Below are positions 44,099-55,794 of a stretch of DNA of 64,000 nucleotides, piece after piece (within the stretch, counting starts at the first letter, position 1; each line of letters opens with the position of its first letter). The stretch spans positions 310,001 to 374,000 of the forward strand of contig JAANOX010000205.1 of NCBI GenBank assembly GCA_020184695.1, read 5' to 3'. Below the pieces are notes generated by a model. It made no database searches. It was not told where the DNA came from and saw only the letters and a program-made list of their open reading frames with translations. Source of the DNA: Histomonas meleagridis 2922-C6/04-290x (lineage: Eukaryota > Protista > Parabasalia). Both the position numbers and the translations under genes were made by a program.

Positions 44099-45415
44099 AT
44101 GAGGGAATCCTTTTTCTTTCCTTTTGGGATTCCAGCTTTTGCAATGTGGACATTTATTCTCACAATTATTCTTCTCTTGTTTAATGATGGTCCACCTTAT
44201 TTCCCATTAGATAAAACAGAAGATCCAATTGATTGTTTTGGAATTAAATTTATTAAATCAATTCAAAACGAAAGTAGAATTACATTTTATTTTAAGGTTA
44301 TTGAATTCCCACAATATCCAAAAGAAGTAGCACCATATCTTTTATCTATAAATACAAAAGAAGGGAACAAATCACTTGAATTTGTATACAGAAATTTTTT
44401 AGATCTTGAAACAAATATAACAGATTTTTCTTTTTTCATATTGCAATCAATTTCAGGCGATATTGATGTATCTGTAAATTGTCATAAACAAATACTTGGA
44501 TCTTCTCACCTAACTATAAACTCTACACAGTATTTATCAAATGGATTTTCAACAATGTCACAAACAGATAAATACATAAAAATCACCAATTTTTGTATCC
44601 AAGATAATTACTTAGTTTATGCTTCGCAACAGAATGGCAACTTAGGATTTATTAATTTTTCAGATTCTCAAAGTATTCCAATTAAAACAGATTATCGTTG
44701 TATGGAAGATTTTCGGAACACTATTTTTGGAACTCATCTTACCCATCATAATTCAATATTTGTTTCAATACAAGGAACAGATCCTTTTAATATTTTGATT
44801 GAAGCAATTATTCCATCATTTTTAGCTCTTCAAGAAAATTCCACAAATGAAATCTTTTTAATTAACGGTTCACAGAGTCACTTTTTGTTTAATTTAGAAA
44901 AAGTGGCACCAGTGACCGTTTACCATACTAATGATCGACATTGTTTTATTCAAGGAAGGTTTGTTTTATATCCAAATAACATAAAATCAAATGATTATGA
45001 AAATTATACTTTATCAATTCTTCAAAAATTTGACAATGAATCTATACAATCACTTCGACAAATGTACACAACTCGAAACATGACAAAAGGAACAATTATT
45101 TGTGACAAAGGCTTTACAAATCTTATGGATAGTCATAAGATAGAAAGAAATATAAAAGAAATTCCGCAAACAGATGATATATCTGAAATAGCAGAAGAAA
45201 TTAGTAAAGCTGAGGTACTCATAACAACCGACATAACAAGCTTAGTATTCGGAATATTTATGAATGCAGGTGGAACTTTGGTCTATTTTGGAAATAATAG
45301 AATAAAAATAATGGAAGAAATTGCTAAATTAACAAATTGTAGAACATTTTATAAAGAAGTTAATGAAAATGAAAAAACAAATATAGATGATCTTCTAAAT
45401 CATATTTTTGTATGA
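44099..45415 (+). CDS. Type II membrane protein, possibly a divergent GT61/DUF563 glycosyltransferase
   Basis: N-terminal TM (AMWTFILTIILLLF). The C-terminal ISKAEVLITTDITSLVFGIFMNAGGTLV resembles the GT61 ADILIGxHGAGLTNxxFM segment without HGA. Confidence 0.45.
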   Translation: MRESFFFPFGIPAFAMWTFILTIILLLFNDGPPYFPLDKTEDPIDCFGIKFIKSIQNESRITFYFKVIEFPQYPKEVAPYLLSINTKEGNKSLEFVYRNFLDLETNITDFSFFILQSISGDIDVSVNCHKQILGSSHLTINSTQYLSNGFSTMSQTDKYIKITNFCIQDNYLVYASQQNGNLGFINFSDSQSIPIKTDYRCMEDFRNTIFGTHLTHHNSIFVSIQGTDPFNILIEAIIPSFLALQENSTNEIFLINGSQSHFLFNLEKVAPVTVYHTNDRHCFIQGRFVLYPNNIKSNDYENYTLSILQKFDNESIQSLRQMYTTRNMTKGTIICDKGFTNLMDSHKIERNIKEIPQTDDISEIAEEISKAEVLITTDITSLVFGIFMNAGGTLVYFGNNRIKIMEEIAKLTNCRTFYKEVNENEKTNIDDLLNHIFV

Positions 45416-45526
45416 ATAAATGTATTATATTTATCAATTTTTTTTGTGATAATAAGTTGTATTTGATGAATTCGTTTAAACGACATAATATTGAACAGAC
45501 TTTGTCAAAATCACAAACTACTTTAA

Positions 45527-48500
45527 ATGGAGCAAATAAGTCGTTTGGGCGATATACCATCAGAAATTGGAGTAAAGCCAAACCAAACGAATATCCAAGT
45601 TGATTACGAATGTATAGGGTCACTTAATGATTCAAACCAATTACAAATTTATTCTCTTGTTCACAAGAAGGTAATTCAAATAATTCCAGATGTTCAAAAT
45701 TATATTTTTGTTAAAACAGCTATATCAGACAAATCTATGCTTGTTACTTCTAATGAAACGACAATTAAATTATATTCTTTTTCTGATTACTATCCTCCAG
45801 ACTCACTTGAGTTCAATCCAAAAAACAAAGTTGCTCCATTTTTTGATAATATTAAGACAGATCATTTATTTGCTCAACTTTGTGAATTTGAAACAGAATT
45901 TAAAATTGTTAAATTAATTCCCAGTGATTTTAACACTATTCTTTTATTAGATGAACAAAGTAATTTAAGGAGGTACAATTTTTATTTAGATGGAGTTTAT
46001 AATGCAGGAAAATTTGATTCATTTTCATGTATACAATTTGCATTTTCAGGTCTTTACTTAGCAGGTCTTTCTTCAACCGAAGTTCATTTTTGGTCAGCAA
46101 ACTTAGAACATCTTTCTTCTATTCAGTTCCAAGGATCTACAATATGTTCATTATCAACTTCATTATTTGCAGTTTGTAATGGGGAAGAAATTAATGTTTT
46201 TGATGCAACCAATGGAAGTAAGACAAAGACAATCCAAGCCATTAATCCAACAGTTAATCCAACATTTGTATCATTTTATGGCGAAGATTCTGCAATTTGT
46301 ACACCAGAAGGAACTGTTATTGCACGTAAATCACATTTTTTACCAATCTTTGTTTCAGGTTCAGGTTTATACACCATAAACGAAGAGAAATATTTTTTAC
46401 GGTTAATTAACGTCTTCCCGATAACGGTCGCCCTATCAATGATTCAATCACAAAAGAATAATAACACAAGTAATCATTCAATAGCACAATATGCTGTTAA
46501 ACTACAAGACGCCAATTTAGTCGAGTCATATCTTAATTCCTCTGATCCACAAAACACGTTACAATTTCTTGAAGATTTAACGGACATACTTAAAAACACA
46601 TCAAATATAACATTTGCTTTATCTATTAATTCCATTGTAACCACATATTGTATCCAGAAGATCTCTAGCACTATTTATCCTGACCAATTTTCTAATTCTT
46701 TATGTAATTTCCGTAATTTATTATATCCACGATTACCAATTGATGCACCACCACAAGAAACACAACAACAAATACCCATTAAAAAGATTCGTGATGCCGA
46801 ATTATTAAGTTATGTATTAGATAACTTAGAAAAGAACACAATTACTACTTCGTTACCATCATTACAAAATTCATATCATGATTTTGAGCCATTTTATTTA
46901 TTTAGGACTTTAGTATTACAACAATCTTGGTCCAAGATATGTCAAAACAACATAAATGAATCCATAAAACTTATAGAACAATTAGGGGAAAATCCACTTG
47001 ATCATTTATATGAAATGTGGCGACAAACGACTCGTAATAAAACTCGTTCATATTTATATGAATATTTAAATAAGAATGGAAGGTTAAATGAATTAGATGA
47101 AAAACATCATCAAATATTATTAAAGATTACACAAAAATATCCAACAACATCATTTAAAGTAGCACAAAAACTTTCATCATCACCAGGTGTAAGAGTTATT
47201 GATGATAATAAATTACCTGCATGGCAACCAATCATTGATTTAAATTCTGATTTTGATGAAAAGAAAGCAATGATATTTCCATCATTATTTAAGATACCTG
47301 ATGAACCTATTATTGAATCACCACGATATTTCTTAGGTAATATAGCATTAATTGAAGCGCAACCTGAAAATATCATTAAAATGTTAACTAATGAAGGTTC
47401 ATCTATCGAGAAATTATGGATATTACATTGTGAACATCGAGTGAATGATATGGCGCAATTTTTCAAGAATGAAATTGATAAAAACAAAGGTAATAATACT
47501 ACAAAACTTAAATGTTTAAAGTTCATTAATAAATATCATTCACAAATGAATACATATGAACTTGAAACATTATTAGATATATTATGTCAATCAGGAATCT
47601 TTGCACAACATGAATTAGAAGATTTCGAATTATTACTTGTTCGTATCTGTAAAAACAAATTCTTATTTGATCAACAATGGTGGTCACAATCGACGTTAAA
47701 CTTAACCACATTCTTTAAACAATTTGCAAGTTTTTGTGCTAAGAAATCATTATTTATGCCATTTGAAATGTTTGTAATATCACATCCGAATACTAAAGAA
47801 ATAGATATTAGTGATATTAATGAACCATTAATTAAGTTTATCTGGGATTTATGGGTAAAACGAGATCCAGCTAATGCTACATTATCATGTATGCAATTCA
47901 TTGCTAAAAGTAATTCCACTGATTTAGTTGAATTATGGAAACATTTACCAAATGATTCATTAGCACCTTTAGGTTCATTTGTCTGGAATAAAGATCCTGA
48001 AAAGTTTAAACCTAATTCACCAGAAACAGAAGCATTAAGTAATCGATTAAAGAATGAATATCCTTTATTATCATCATTAGTTAAAGGTATTATTCCACAT
48101 CCACAAACAATTAATAAAGAACCTCCTTCAAGTAGATGGAGATCACCAATATATACCTCGAAATATGATTTAGAATTACATGACTTAATACAATCACATT
48201 TCTCGGAATATGATTTCTCAAAAGTATTCACTGATTATTATGGGAAAACTCCAGGACAACCACCTTTTCCACATTTTGATCATCCTGAATTAATTACTTC
48301 CCCAAGTGAACCACCATATGTATATTATGTTAAATCAATGTTACCTGTAAGTGCATTTCAACAAGCTATTGAAGATAATATTAATGAAGAACAATTTAAA
48401 GAGTTATGTATACAATGTATTAAAGAAGCATTTCTAGATAAAGAAATTAGATTAGCAGTACTTTCATTTATCGAATTAATTGATTTAAAGTTTAATAAAG

Positions 48501-51500
48501 ATACTGCTATTGATTATAAAATGATTATATCAATATTCGATATATTAAATAAACCTGAAATACAAAATGAAGTTAATCAATTAATCGATGATTTAATACA
48601 ATTATATTCAAATAAAAATCAAGAAATTGCTATAAATATAAAGAAAAAATTAGCGCCAACAGAAATAGAATTATTTTTGTTAACAACTTTAATCGATGTT
48701 AGATGTAATTTACCTTTAGATTATACACCAATTATTAATTTTGCTTCTTATTCACGGACAGCAGAATTATTATTATTCATAGATAGAGCTGCTGAATTAG
48801 GTGCAAATTATCCGATAAATGAAGTAGTAAAAATAGTACAAGAAAAAATGCCCAAAGATTATCCTCTTAAAGCACATTTGTTATTCCATTTAACTCAATC
48901 TTTACCTACTGAAGAAGGTCCTTCATCATCAGATTTACCTGCGTTAGTAGTATATCGAGCTGTTCGAAGGACAGATCAATCACCTCAAACTTCTTTATTA
49001 CAAGAAGCTTTAAATCGGAAAGTACAATTATATTCATTATTAGCGACTTCGATAGAAGGTTCTGATATATTATTATGTGCTTATGTTACTATGTTAACAA
49101 TGACAGATGTTCCGATATCATTTGATGTTAAAAATCCACCAGAACATAATCAAATGATTACATTATTCTTTCAAACTTTATATAAATTATTATTAGAGAA
49201 TAAATCATTAGAATTAATGCAAACTTTAGAATTATTCTCAGAAACATCAATAGTTATTAAATTAATACATTTTTATCGAGCTATCGAATTATTTGCATTT
49301 AGAAGAGCAGAAAATGAATTACCACAAATTAATAATATATTAAATAAAAAAGATAAAATTATTGATGAATTAATGGGTGAAATAACTATTGAAGAAATTA
49401 TTAATATATTCCAATTAATGATAAATTCATTATCTAAAAAATGTAATGAGAAATCACAAATTCATGTGTTCCGATTTTTACAAGTATTAGAAGATGTTGA
49501 AATCCCATTAAATATTACATCACGTATTAAACTTTGTAAAGTTATCAGTAAGTTCGATAACTTTCGTAGAGCTATTATTCATTGTGATTTATTAGGAGAA
49601 CCTGAACAAATTATATCAAAATTAGTATTAAATCATTCATTAGAATTAGGACAAGAAGCTGCGAAATGTTTAAACATTTCTTCAACTTCTGCAATATATC
49701 AATGGTTAGAATTTAAATATTCTACAGCTTCAACTCCAACACAAATCTTAGAGATCCATCAAGAAGTTATTAAATCAATTAAAGAAGAAGATATTAATCC
49801 AATGTTTTTCTTATATTTATTTAGTTCATTAATACCTTATTGTCAACCAATTACATTATTACCAATTATTGAATATATTAAAGATATAATGAATGATAAA
49901 GATACAAAACTTTATAAAAATATCTTAGCGTTAATTACATATTTAAATGTTTGTAAAGAAAATCATATAGAAATACCACAAGTATCAAATATTATTAACT
50001 TACCAACATTAAAAGATATATTAAAGATATTATTTCCTGAAATCGAATTCGAAAATGTACCTGAATCAATTAAATTATCTATATCTACACCAATTATTAT
50101 AAACTTAGAAAACCTTCAACGATTCTTTGAAATATCAATTGATCAAGCAATCGATATATGTTTAGATAAACATAAAGCTTCTGATGCACATTTAATATGT
50201 GCATGGAGAAATAGAGATCCACATAATATACAATTATTAGAAATAATACAAAAGATTATATTAAATAATCAATTAACAGAAGAAGAAATGAAATTAATTA
50301 CAAAGTTTGGTAATGTTAATGATATTGAATCATTATTAGATAATCTTTCATTACAAAATGGTTGGAGATTTACTTTAATATCATTACATTATAAAGCTGC
50401 AAAGATTTTAGGTTTACAAAATATTAATCCAATACATTCGAAAACTTCGGAATTTATTGAATCAAAACTTTCAGTGACTTATAAATATTGGCCATTAATT
50501 AAAGAATTAATACAAAATAGTAAAATGTCAATCGAAGAATCTTCATATTCATTAGCAAAGGCATATTTTAATCATATAAATGATATATTAACTAATAATA
50601 AATCTCAAGAAGAAGATACATTACAAATTAATGATTACTCAGATAAATTTATCGAATTTATGAAGTTAAATGATTCACCAACTTTGATAAGTGAACAATT
50701 ATTCGAAATAGCAAAAAAAGAACAAAAAAATATTTCATTAAATATTATTATTAACTTATTGTTACATTCATCAATTTGTATGTCTGATATTGATGAATGT
50801 TCCGAATTCTTAGATGTTTTACTCGAATCTTTGGCTTCTTCAAATGAATATTCATTGATAATCGATATAATTTCAATATTCCCTGACCCTTCATTAATCC
50901 CAAGATATTTCCAATTATTAATATCTCAAAATAAACTTGACTTACTGACAAATATTAACTTAAATGATAAGGTAGGAAAGGTGATTATGAATTGCGCTCG
51001 TCATGAACATATGTTTCAACCTGAAAAATATTTCGATTTAACATTAAAATATAATTTGTACCGTGATCACGCAGAATTACAAATGGAATATGGTAATAAT
51101 ATATTAAACAATAATAACGAAATATTAAACCGTGAAAAATTACAAGAAGCTTCTAGACATTTCTTGTTGGCTTTGGCTTATTTCTTACATGAAAAATGTT
51201 ATAGCTTATCAATGGAATGTTTGAAGAAGTTATCTTTGATATCATTACAATTAGAAATTCCTGAACCTATCGTATTCCATTTAAACAAAAGTCAGGTGTT
51301 ACAAATGATGTGTACAAAAGAATTCCCATTCGCTCTAACTGTGGCTGTGGCTTATGATATGGATACAGAGCCGAATTGGGCTGAAGCATTATTCGCTCAA
51401 TCTGTCAAAGTTAAGAACGATGACTTTTTGACAGCTTTTCAATACTTTAGACCAATCACATCAAATTTGTGTGACGGAGTTGTGAAGAAATACAAAGAAT

Positions 51501-51682
51501 TACAAAAAGTGGACGAAAATATAACTGAAAGAATGAAAAGATTTTTGGATAACCAACCAAATTTGGTGGAAAGATATAGAATCGCAAAGGCACTGAATTT
51601 TAAGGACTTGATCGAAAATATGAGAACAAGAAACCCAGTGGTTTGTGAATGGTGTGAAAAGGTGCTGTTAAATAAGCAGTAA
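45527..51682 (+). CDS. SPG11: Spatacsin (SPG11)-like protein
   Basis: 2051 aa with an N-terminal beta-propeller-like region and a helical solenoid. The C-terminal FPFALTVAVAYDMDTEPNWAEALFAQSV..DDFLTAF resembles the spatacsin C-terminal domain. Confidence 0.8.
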   Translation: MEQISRLGDIPSEIGVKPNQTNIQVDYECIGSLNDSNQLQIYSLVHKKVIQIIPDVQNYIFVKTAISDKSMLVTSNETTIKLYSFSDYYPPDSLEFNPKNKVAPFFDNIKTDHLFAQLCEFETEFKIVKLIPSDFNTILLLDEQSNLRRYNFYLDGVYNAGKFDSFSCIQFAFSGLYLAGLSSTEVHFWSANLEHLSSIQFQGSTICSLSTSLFAVCNGEEINVFDATNGSKTKTIQAINPTVNPTFVSFYGEDSAICTPEGTVIARKSHFLPIFVSGSGLYTINEEKYFLRLINVFPITVALSMIQSQKNNNTSNHSIAQYAVKLQDANLVESYLNSSDPQNTLQFLEDLTDILKNTSNITFALSINSIVTTYCIQKISSTIYPDQFSNSLCNFRNLLYPRLPIDAPPQETQQQIPIKKIRDAELLSYVLDNLEKNTITTSLPSLQNSYHDFEPFYLFRTLVLQQSWSKICQNNINESIKLIEQLGENPLDHLYEMWRQTTRNKTRSYLYEYLNKNGRLNELDEKHHQILLKITQKYPTTSFKVAQKLSSSPGVRVIDDNKLPAWQPIIDLNSDFDEKKAMIFPSLFKIPDEPIIESPRYFLGNIALIEAQPENIIKMLTNEGSSIEKLWILHCEHRVNDMAQFFKNEIDKNKGNNTTKLKCLKFINKYHSQMNTYELETLLDILCQSGIFAQHELEDFELLLVRICKNKFLFDQQWWSQSTLNLTTFFKQFASFCAKKSLFMPFEMFVISHPNTKEIDISDINEPLIKFIWDLWVKRDPANATLSCMQFIAKSNSTDLVELWKHLPNDSLAPLGSFVWNKDPEKFKPNSPETEALSNRLKNEYPLLSSLVKGIIPHPQTINKEPPSSRWRSPIYTSKYDLELHDLIQSHFSEYDFSKVFTDYYGKTPGQPPFPHFDHPELITSPSEPPYVYYVKSMLPVSAFQQAIEDNINEEQFKELCIQCIKEAFLDKEIRLAVLSFIELIDLKFNKDTAIDYKMIISIFDILNKPEIQNEVNQLIDDLIQLYSNKNQEIAINIKKKLAPTEIELFLLTTLIDVRCNLPLDYTPIINFASYSRTAELLLFIDRAAELGANYPINEVVKIVQEKMPKDYPLKAHLLFHLTQSLPTEEGPSSSDLPALVVYRAVRRTDQSPQTSLLQEALNRKVQLYSLLATSIEGSDILLCAYVTMLTMTDVPISFDVKNPPEHNQMITLFFQTLYKLLLENKSLELMQTLELFSETSIVIKLIHFYRAIELFAFRRAENELPQINNILNKKDKIIDELMGEITIEEIINIFQLMINSLSKKCNEKSQIHVFRFLQVLEDVEIPLNITSRIKLCKVISKFDNFRRAIIHCDLLGEPEQIISKLVLNHSLELGQEAAKCLNISSTSAIYQWLEFKYSTASTPTQILEIHQEVIKSIKEEDINPMFFLYLFSSLIPYCQPITLLPIIEYIKDIMNDKDTKLYKNILALITYLNVCKENHIEIPQVSNIINLPTLKDILKILFPEIEFENVPESIKLSISTPIIINLENLQRFFEISIDQAIDICLDKHKASDAHLICAWRNRDPHNIQLLEIIQKIILNNQLTEEEMKLITKFGNVNDIESLLDNLSLQNGWRFTLISLHYKAAKILGLQNINPIHSKTSEFIESKLSVTYKYWPLIKELIQNSKMSIEESSYSLAKAYFNHINDILTNNKSQEEDTLQINDYSDKFIEFMKLNDSPTLISEQLFEIAKKEQKNISLNIIINLLLHSSICMSDIDECSEFLDVLLESLASSNEYSLIIDIISIFPDPSLIPRYFQLLISQNKLDLLTNINLNDKVGKVIMNCARHEHMFQPEKYFDLTLKYNLYRDHAELQMEYGNNILNNNNEILNREKLQEASRHFLLALAYFLHEKCYSLSMECLKKLSLISLQLEIPEPIVFHLNKSQVLQMMCTKEFPFALTVAVAYDMDTEPNWAEALFAQSVKVKNDDFLTAFQYFRPITSNLCDGVVKKYKELQKVDENITERMKRFLDNQPNLVERYRIAKALNFKDLIENMRTRNPVVCEWCEKVLLNKQ

Positions 51683-51904
51683 ATAATGATTTAATTTTAA
51701 ATATGATTTCGATGCTAAATTCGGTTGGTAATTACCTTCTTTAAAATCATTTGCTAAAGGATCTTCTTCAATATTATTATGTATATACCCAATTGAAAAA
51801 TTATTTGTTTAATGTTTTGTTTATTATTTCGAAAACGATATTTTAAATTTAAATATATATATGATAATATTATGATGTTATCTTGTAATTTACAATTGAA
51901 AATT

Positions 51905-52095
51905 TTTTTCGAAATTTATCCAATATCTCTCTATTACTTTATTTTAAATATTTTTTACAATACTTTGATGTTATTTATTTCATTTTATTTCTTATATCCA
52001 TTCCTCTCTATTCATTTTAAGTTTCATTTTTTTATAATTGAATTGTTTTTAATCGTTTTGTATTCAATGTACATTCGGAAATATGTATAATAAGT
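51905..52095 (+). repeat. Dispersed repeat family 1, third copy
   Basis: Aligns with the reverse complement of 24230-24420 and with 23707-23793. Confidence 0.8.
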
Positions 52096-53109
52096 TATAA
52101 AATATATATATATACTAATGTTATTTATTTAATGCAAGAGAATTATATCTAAATATAAAAAATAATAAAAAAAATATATTCGAAAACGGGTTTTTATGTT
52201 CCAACTTTTTAGGTCTTTTCTATGCTTTTTGATCGTATTTGCTTGTTATAAACATTTTTATCTCCGAATTAAATAATAATTTACTTAAATAAAATGGTAA
52301 CATCGATTGGAATTATTAAGTTGTTTATTATATTTCAAAATCAATTTTCATGATTTTTTGATTTTGAAATGAATAGAACTCAATATTAACTGAATATAAA
52401 TCAAAATTAATAGAAAATTTAAATATACCATATAATTCTCATAAATGTAATAGAGAGATTTTTCAACTTTCTAATTTATAGTGAAATTGATTATCTATCA
52501 TAAAAAAATCAAAATTAGAATAATTTAGTATTTAACAAAGAGCATTAATAATTGTAAATATTTTTTTGGTTTACAGATTAAAATTATAAATGTATATCGA
52601 TTTATTAACAAAACAATATTTTTTCGGTGGCGACCGTTTACGAATTATGGATTTGATCGTTTTTTATTCAATTTACTGGAGTGCAACCTTAATAATATAA
52701 CAAGATAACATCAATAATAACAGCAATCAATACGCCAATAATGATGTCCATATTTTTCTTCTTGATTTGGTGAATGTATTCAACTTAATAAATCCTTTTG
52801 TTTCAGTAAGTGCATATATTAATGTTGGCTTTGGTGTCCAATCGCTAACTGTTCATTAAGTTTCTTTTAATTCTCCAAATGTACCATAATTACGCATATT
52901 TATATTTCAGACACCATAACATATTTTGCAATACTACAGAAACAATTTCCATAAAAATTTGAGAAGTATCATTAAAAAAATAAATCATTTGAGTGAATTA
53001 TATATATACATATAAAAATAAAAATAAAAAAATAAATAAATCATTTACAAAAAATTTTACATTTTTTCCTATAGTTAATGTTGGCAAAAAACACATCGAT
53101 GAACATTAG

Positions 53110-53543
53110 TGACAGTGATTGGAATTACAACATTTGTATGCATTCTAACGCATTCGCACAAAGCAACACATTTTCTCAATGTAATACATTTATTATACAA
53201 TTCGAATACTTTTATTGTTTCGCTATTATTTCGTGCGATATTGTCTCATACAGTTGTTGTAATTTCATCATTTTTTGAATTTTATTCAGGTGTCTTTACA
53301 ATTTATATCCAAAATGAAATTTATAATGATAGATTTTCATCTAGTTTATTAATTGGTTGTATTTGTGGAGGGATTGTTGTCATTCTGTTAATTACAGATT
53401 TAATTGTTTTCCTTATCAGGAAAAAGAAAAAAGGAACACATAAATCAATATCTAAAGAATCAACATCGAATGAAATGATTTTAGAAGTAAAAATTAATGA
53501 AATTGATAAACCTGCTCAACAAGAAAATGATAATTGGCTATAA
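53110..53543 (+). pseudogene. Diverged duplicate of the 3' end (TM plus cytoplasmic tail) of the adjacent surface-protein gene
   Basis: FFEFYSGVFTIYIQNEIYND..LLIGCICGGIVVILLIT..QQENDNWL is near-identical to the C terminus of 53710-55794. The 5' part is frameshifted and the ectodomain is missing. Confidence 0.85.
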
Positions 53544-53709
53544 ATGTATTAGGGGCGGGCCCAAATGCCCATTTCTGAAATATTATCTGCCGGCAATTAA
53601 TATATATGAATTTGGTTATTTACTTTTCAATCAGATGATCATGGTGTTTTGACAATGTCTGTTGGGAAAACATTTTCATTGAAAACTCACATTGAATGTT
53701 CGGTTTTTT

Positions 53710-55794
53710 ATGTGTGGGCAAAAATTGTATTTCCTGTTGGAAACTTTGCTCTTTATTTTTCCGTTTTTTGCTTCTGGTAATCATACACTTCAAATAAATG
53801 CAAACCCAGAGCCATCGTATGCATTTGGTAAAGGTGGTGTATATCTTAATTGGACAAAACTCAATAATGAAAATGTTTACTACAAGATTTATCAAAGTAG
53901 TAAGGAGTCAAGTGAAGAATGGTCTGATTGGAAACAAATCAGCACATACCAAGCGGAAACAGAAGTTAAAGTTTTAAATATTTATCCAGAAACATACAAC
54001 GTTACTTTCATGTTTAATAACAAATCAAATCCATGCTTAATGTCAAAAGCAGCATCTTTAAAAGTTTGGATGGAAGGGGGAACACTGATAGAGAATGACA
54101 CAAGCAAAACATTCTCTCCAATTGGAATTGATCCAACCACAAAGAAACAAGTGATTTTTGTAACACCAATTTCTGTTGAAAACTTTGAAAACAAAGTTGC
54201 AAATAATACTAACTATGTTTATGATTATGATGTTTTGTTCTTTGGCTCATGGGATTGCAATAATAATTATAATATCAACACAAAAACAGCTAAAGGAATC
54301 ATTACTGAATACATAAATAAAGGATATGGAGTAATTGCTGGACATGATACAATTAGTCGTGTGTTCTACAAAAATAAATCTACAAGCTTACTTGCAATTA
54401 GAGAACTTTTTGGTATAAAAGCTTCTCCAGCTGATGGTTATGATTTTTATGATAATAATAACACTAATAAAATACTAGTATACCAAAGGGGATTATTGAC
54501 AAATTATCCATATAAAATAAATTCTTCACTTGAAATTCCTATTTCACATACAACTAGTCAAGCAGCAAAGGGAGATGTTTGGTTTACATTCGATAATGAT
54601 AATGCTACAATAGATAAATATGGATATAAACATAATTTTTATTTAACAACATATAAAAATACAGCCATGATTCAAACAGGTCATAGCTCAGGAGAAGCAA
54701 CTGAGGATGAAATGAAGATTATAGCAAACACAATATTTTATTTGAAACAAAGAACTAATAATAATTTTGCACAGGATCACTCATCACAAGATAAAGATTC
54801 GCCTGAAATATATGATGTTACATTTAACATTAGTGAACGATGTGCCATAATCAATGCAAGTGATGTTGGCTCTTATTACAAGTTTAAAGTTGAAGCAAAA
54901 GGAAAAACAAATGATACTTTTATAAATGAATCTGGTGAAGTTGAAGTTTATGTTGAAACCGGTATAAAAGAGTACAAATATACAATTAGTGAACAAGATA
55001 ATGTTAATGAAAGTGCTTTAGAAATAATTACGAGTAATAATTCAATCCCACTTCTACATAACCAAAGTGGAAAGTACATCCATATTGCAGCAGTGGATAA
55101 TGCAGGGAACATAGGGAGCATAAAAAGTTATGAAATTCCAATCATTCCATCATTTACTTTCACACAATCAAATACATATACCCAAAGTAATACATATACA
55201 CAAAGTAATACATATACACAATCAGATACATATACACAAAGTAATACATATACACAATCAGAGACATTCGTGGCATCAAGTGCATTCACACAATCAAATT
55301 ATTTTACAAATTCGAATACTTTTACCTTTTCGTTACCATTTGTTGCGATACTGTCTTTCACTTATGTGTTAGTGAAATCCATTTCTTTAACAGAGACAAT
55401 TACATTATTAAATTCATTTATAACAAATTCATTTATTACTTCTTTGATTAGTTCAGAAGTGATTTATATTAATTCGAAATTTATTTATTATGAATACACA
55501 GCTGTTGCTTATTATTCATTTTTTGAATTTTATTCAGGTATCTTTACAATTTATATCCCAAATGAAATTTATAATGATGGATTTTCATCTGGTTTATTAA
55601 TTGGTTGTATTTGTGGAGGGATTGTTGTCATTCTGTTAATTACAGGATTAATTGTTTTCCTTTTAAGGAAAATGAAAAAAGGAACACATAAATCAATGTC
55701 TAAAGAATCAACATCTAATGAAATGATTTTAGAAGAAAAAATTAATGACGAAATTGATAAATTTGTTCAACAAGAAAATGATAATTGGCTATAA
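53710..55794 (+). CDS. Type I membrane surface protein: bacterial-like ectodomain, TQSNTY stalk repeats, TM, tail ending ENDNWL
   Basis: Signal-like N terminus, globular ectodomain (YDVLFFGSWD, GVIAGHDT, MIQTGHSSG), hexapeptide repeats, TM LLIGCICGGIVVILLITGLIVFLL and basic stop-transfer RKMKK. First ATG is at 53710. Confidence 0.8.
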   Translation: MCGQKLYFLLETLLFIFPFFASGNHTLQINANPEPSYAFGKGGVYLNWTKLNNENVYYKIYQSSKESSEEWSDWKQISTYQAETEVKVLNIYPETYNVTFMFNNKSNPCLMSKAASLKVWMEGGTLIENDTSKTFSPIGIDPTTKKQVIFVTPISVENFENKVANNTNYVYDYDVLFFGSWDCNNNYNINTKTAKGIITEYINKGYGVIAGHDTISRVFYKNKSTSLLAIRELFGIKASPADGYDFYDNNNTNKILVYQRGLLTNYPYKINSSLEIPISHTTSQAAKGDVWFTFDNDNATIDKYGYKHNFYLTTYKNTAMIQTGHSSGEATEDEMKIIANTIFYLKQRTNNNFAQDHSSQDKDSPEIYDVTFNISERCAIINASDVGSYYKFKVEAKGKTNDTFINESGEVEVYVETGIKEYKYTISEQDNVNESALEIITSNNSIPLLHNQSGKYIHIAAVDNAGNIGSIKSYEIPIIPSFTFTQSNTYTQSNTYTQSNTYTQSDTYTQSNTYTQSETFVASSAFTQSNYFTNSNTFTFSLPFVAILSFTYVLVKSISLTETITLLNSFITNSFITSLISSEVIYINSKFIYYEYTAVAYYSFFEFYSGIFTIYIPNEIYNDGFSSGLLIGCICGGIVVILLITGLIVFLLRKMKKGTHKSMSKESTSNEMILEEKINDEIDKFVQQENDNWL
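55162..55269 (+). repeat. 18-bp coding tandem repeat (6 x TQS[NDE]T[YF])
   Basis: ACACAATCAAATACATAT-type units. Confidence 0.9.
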
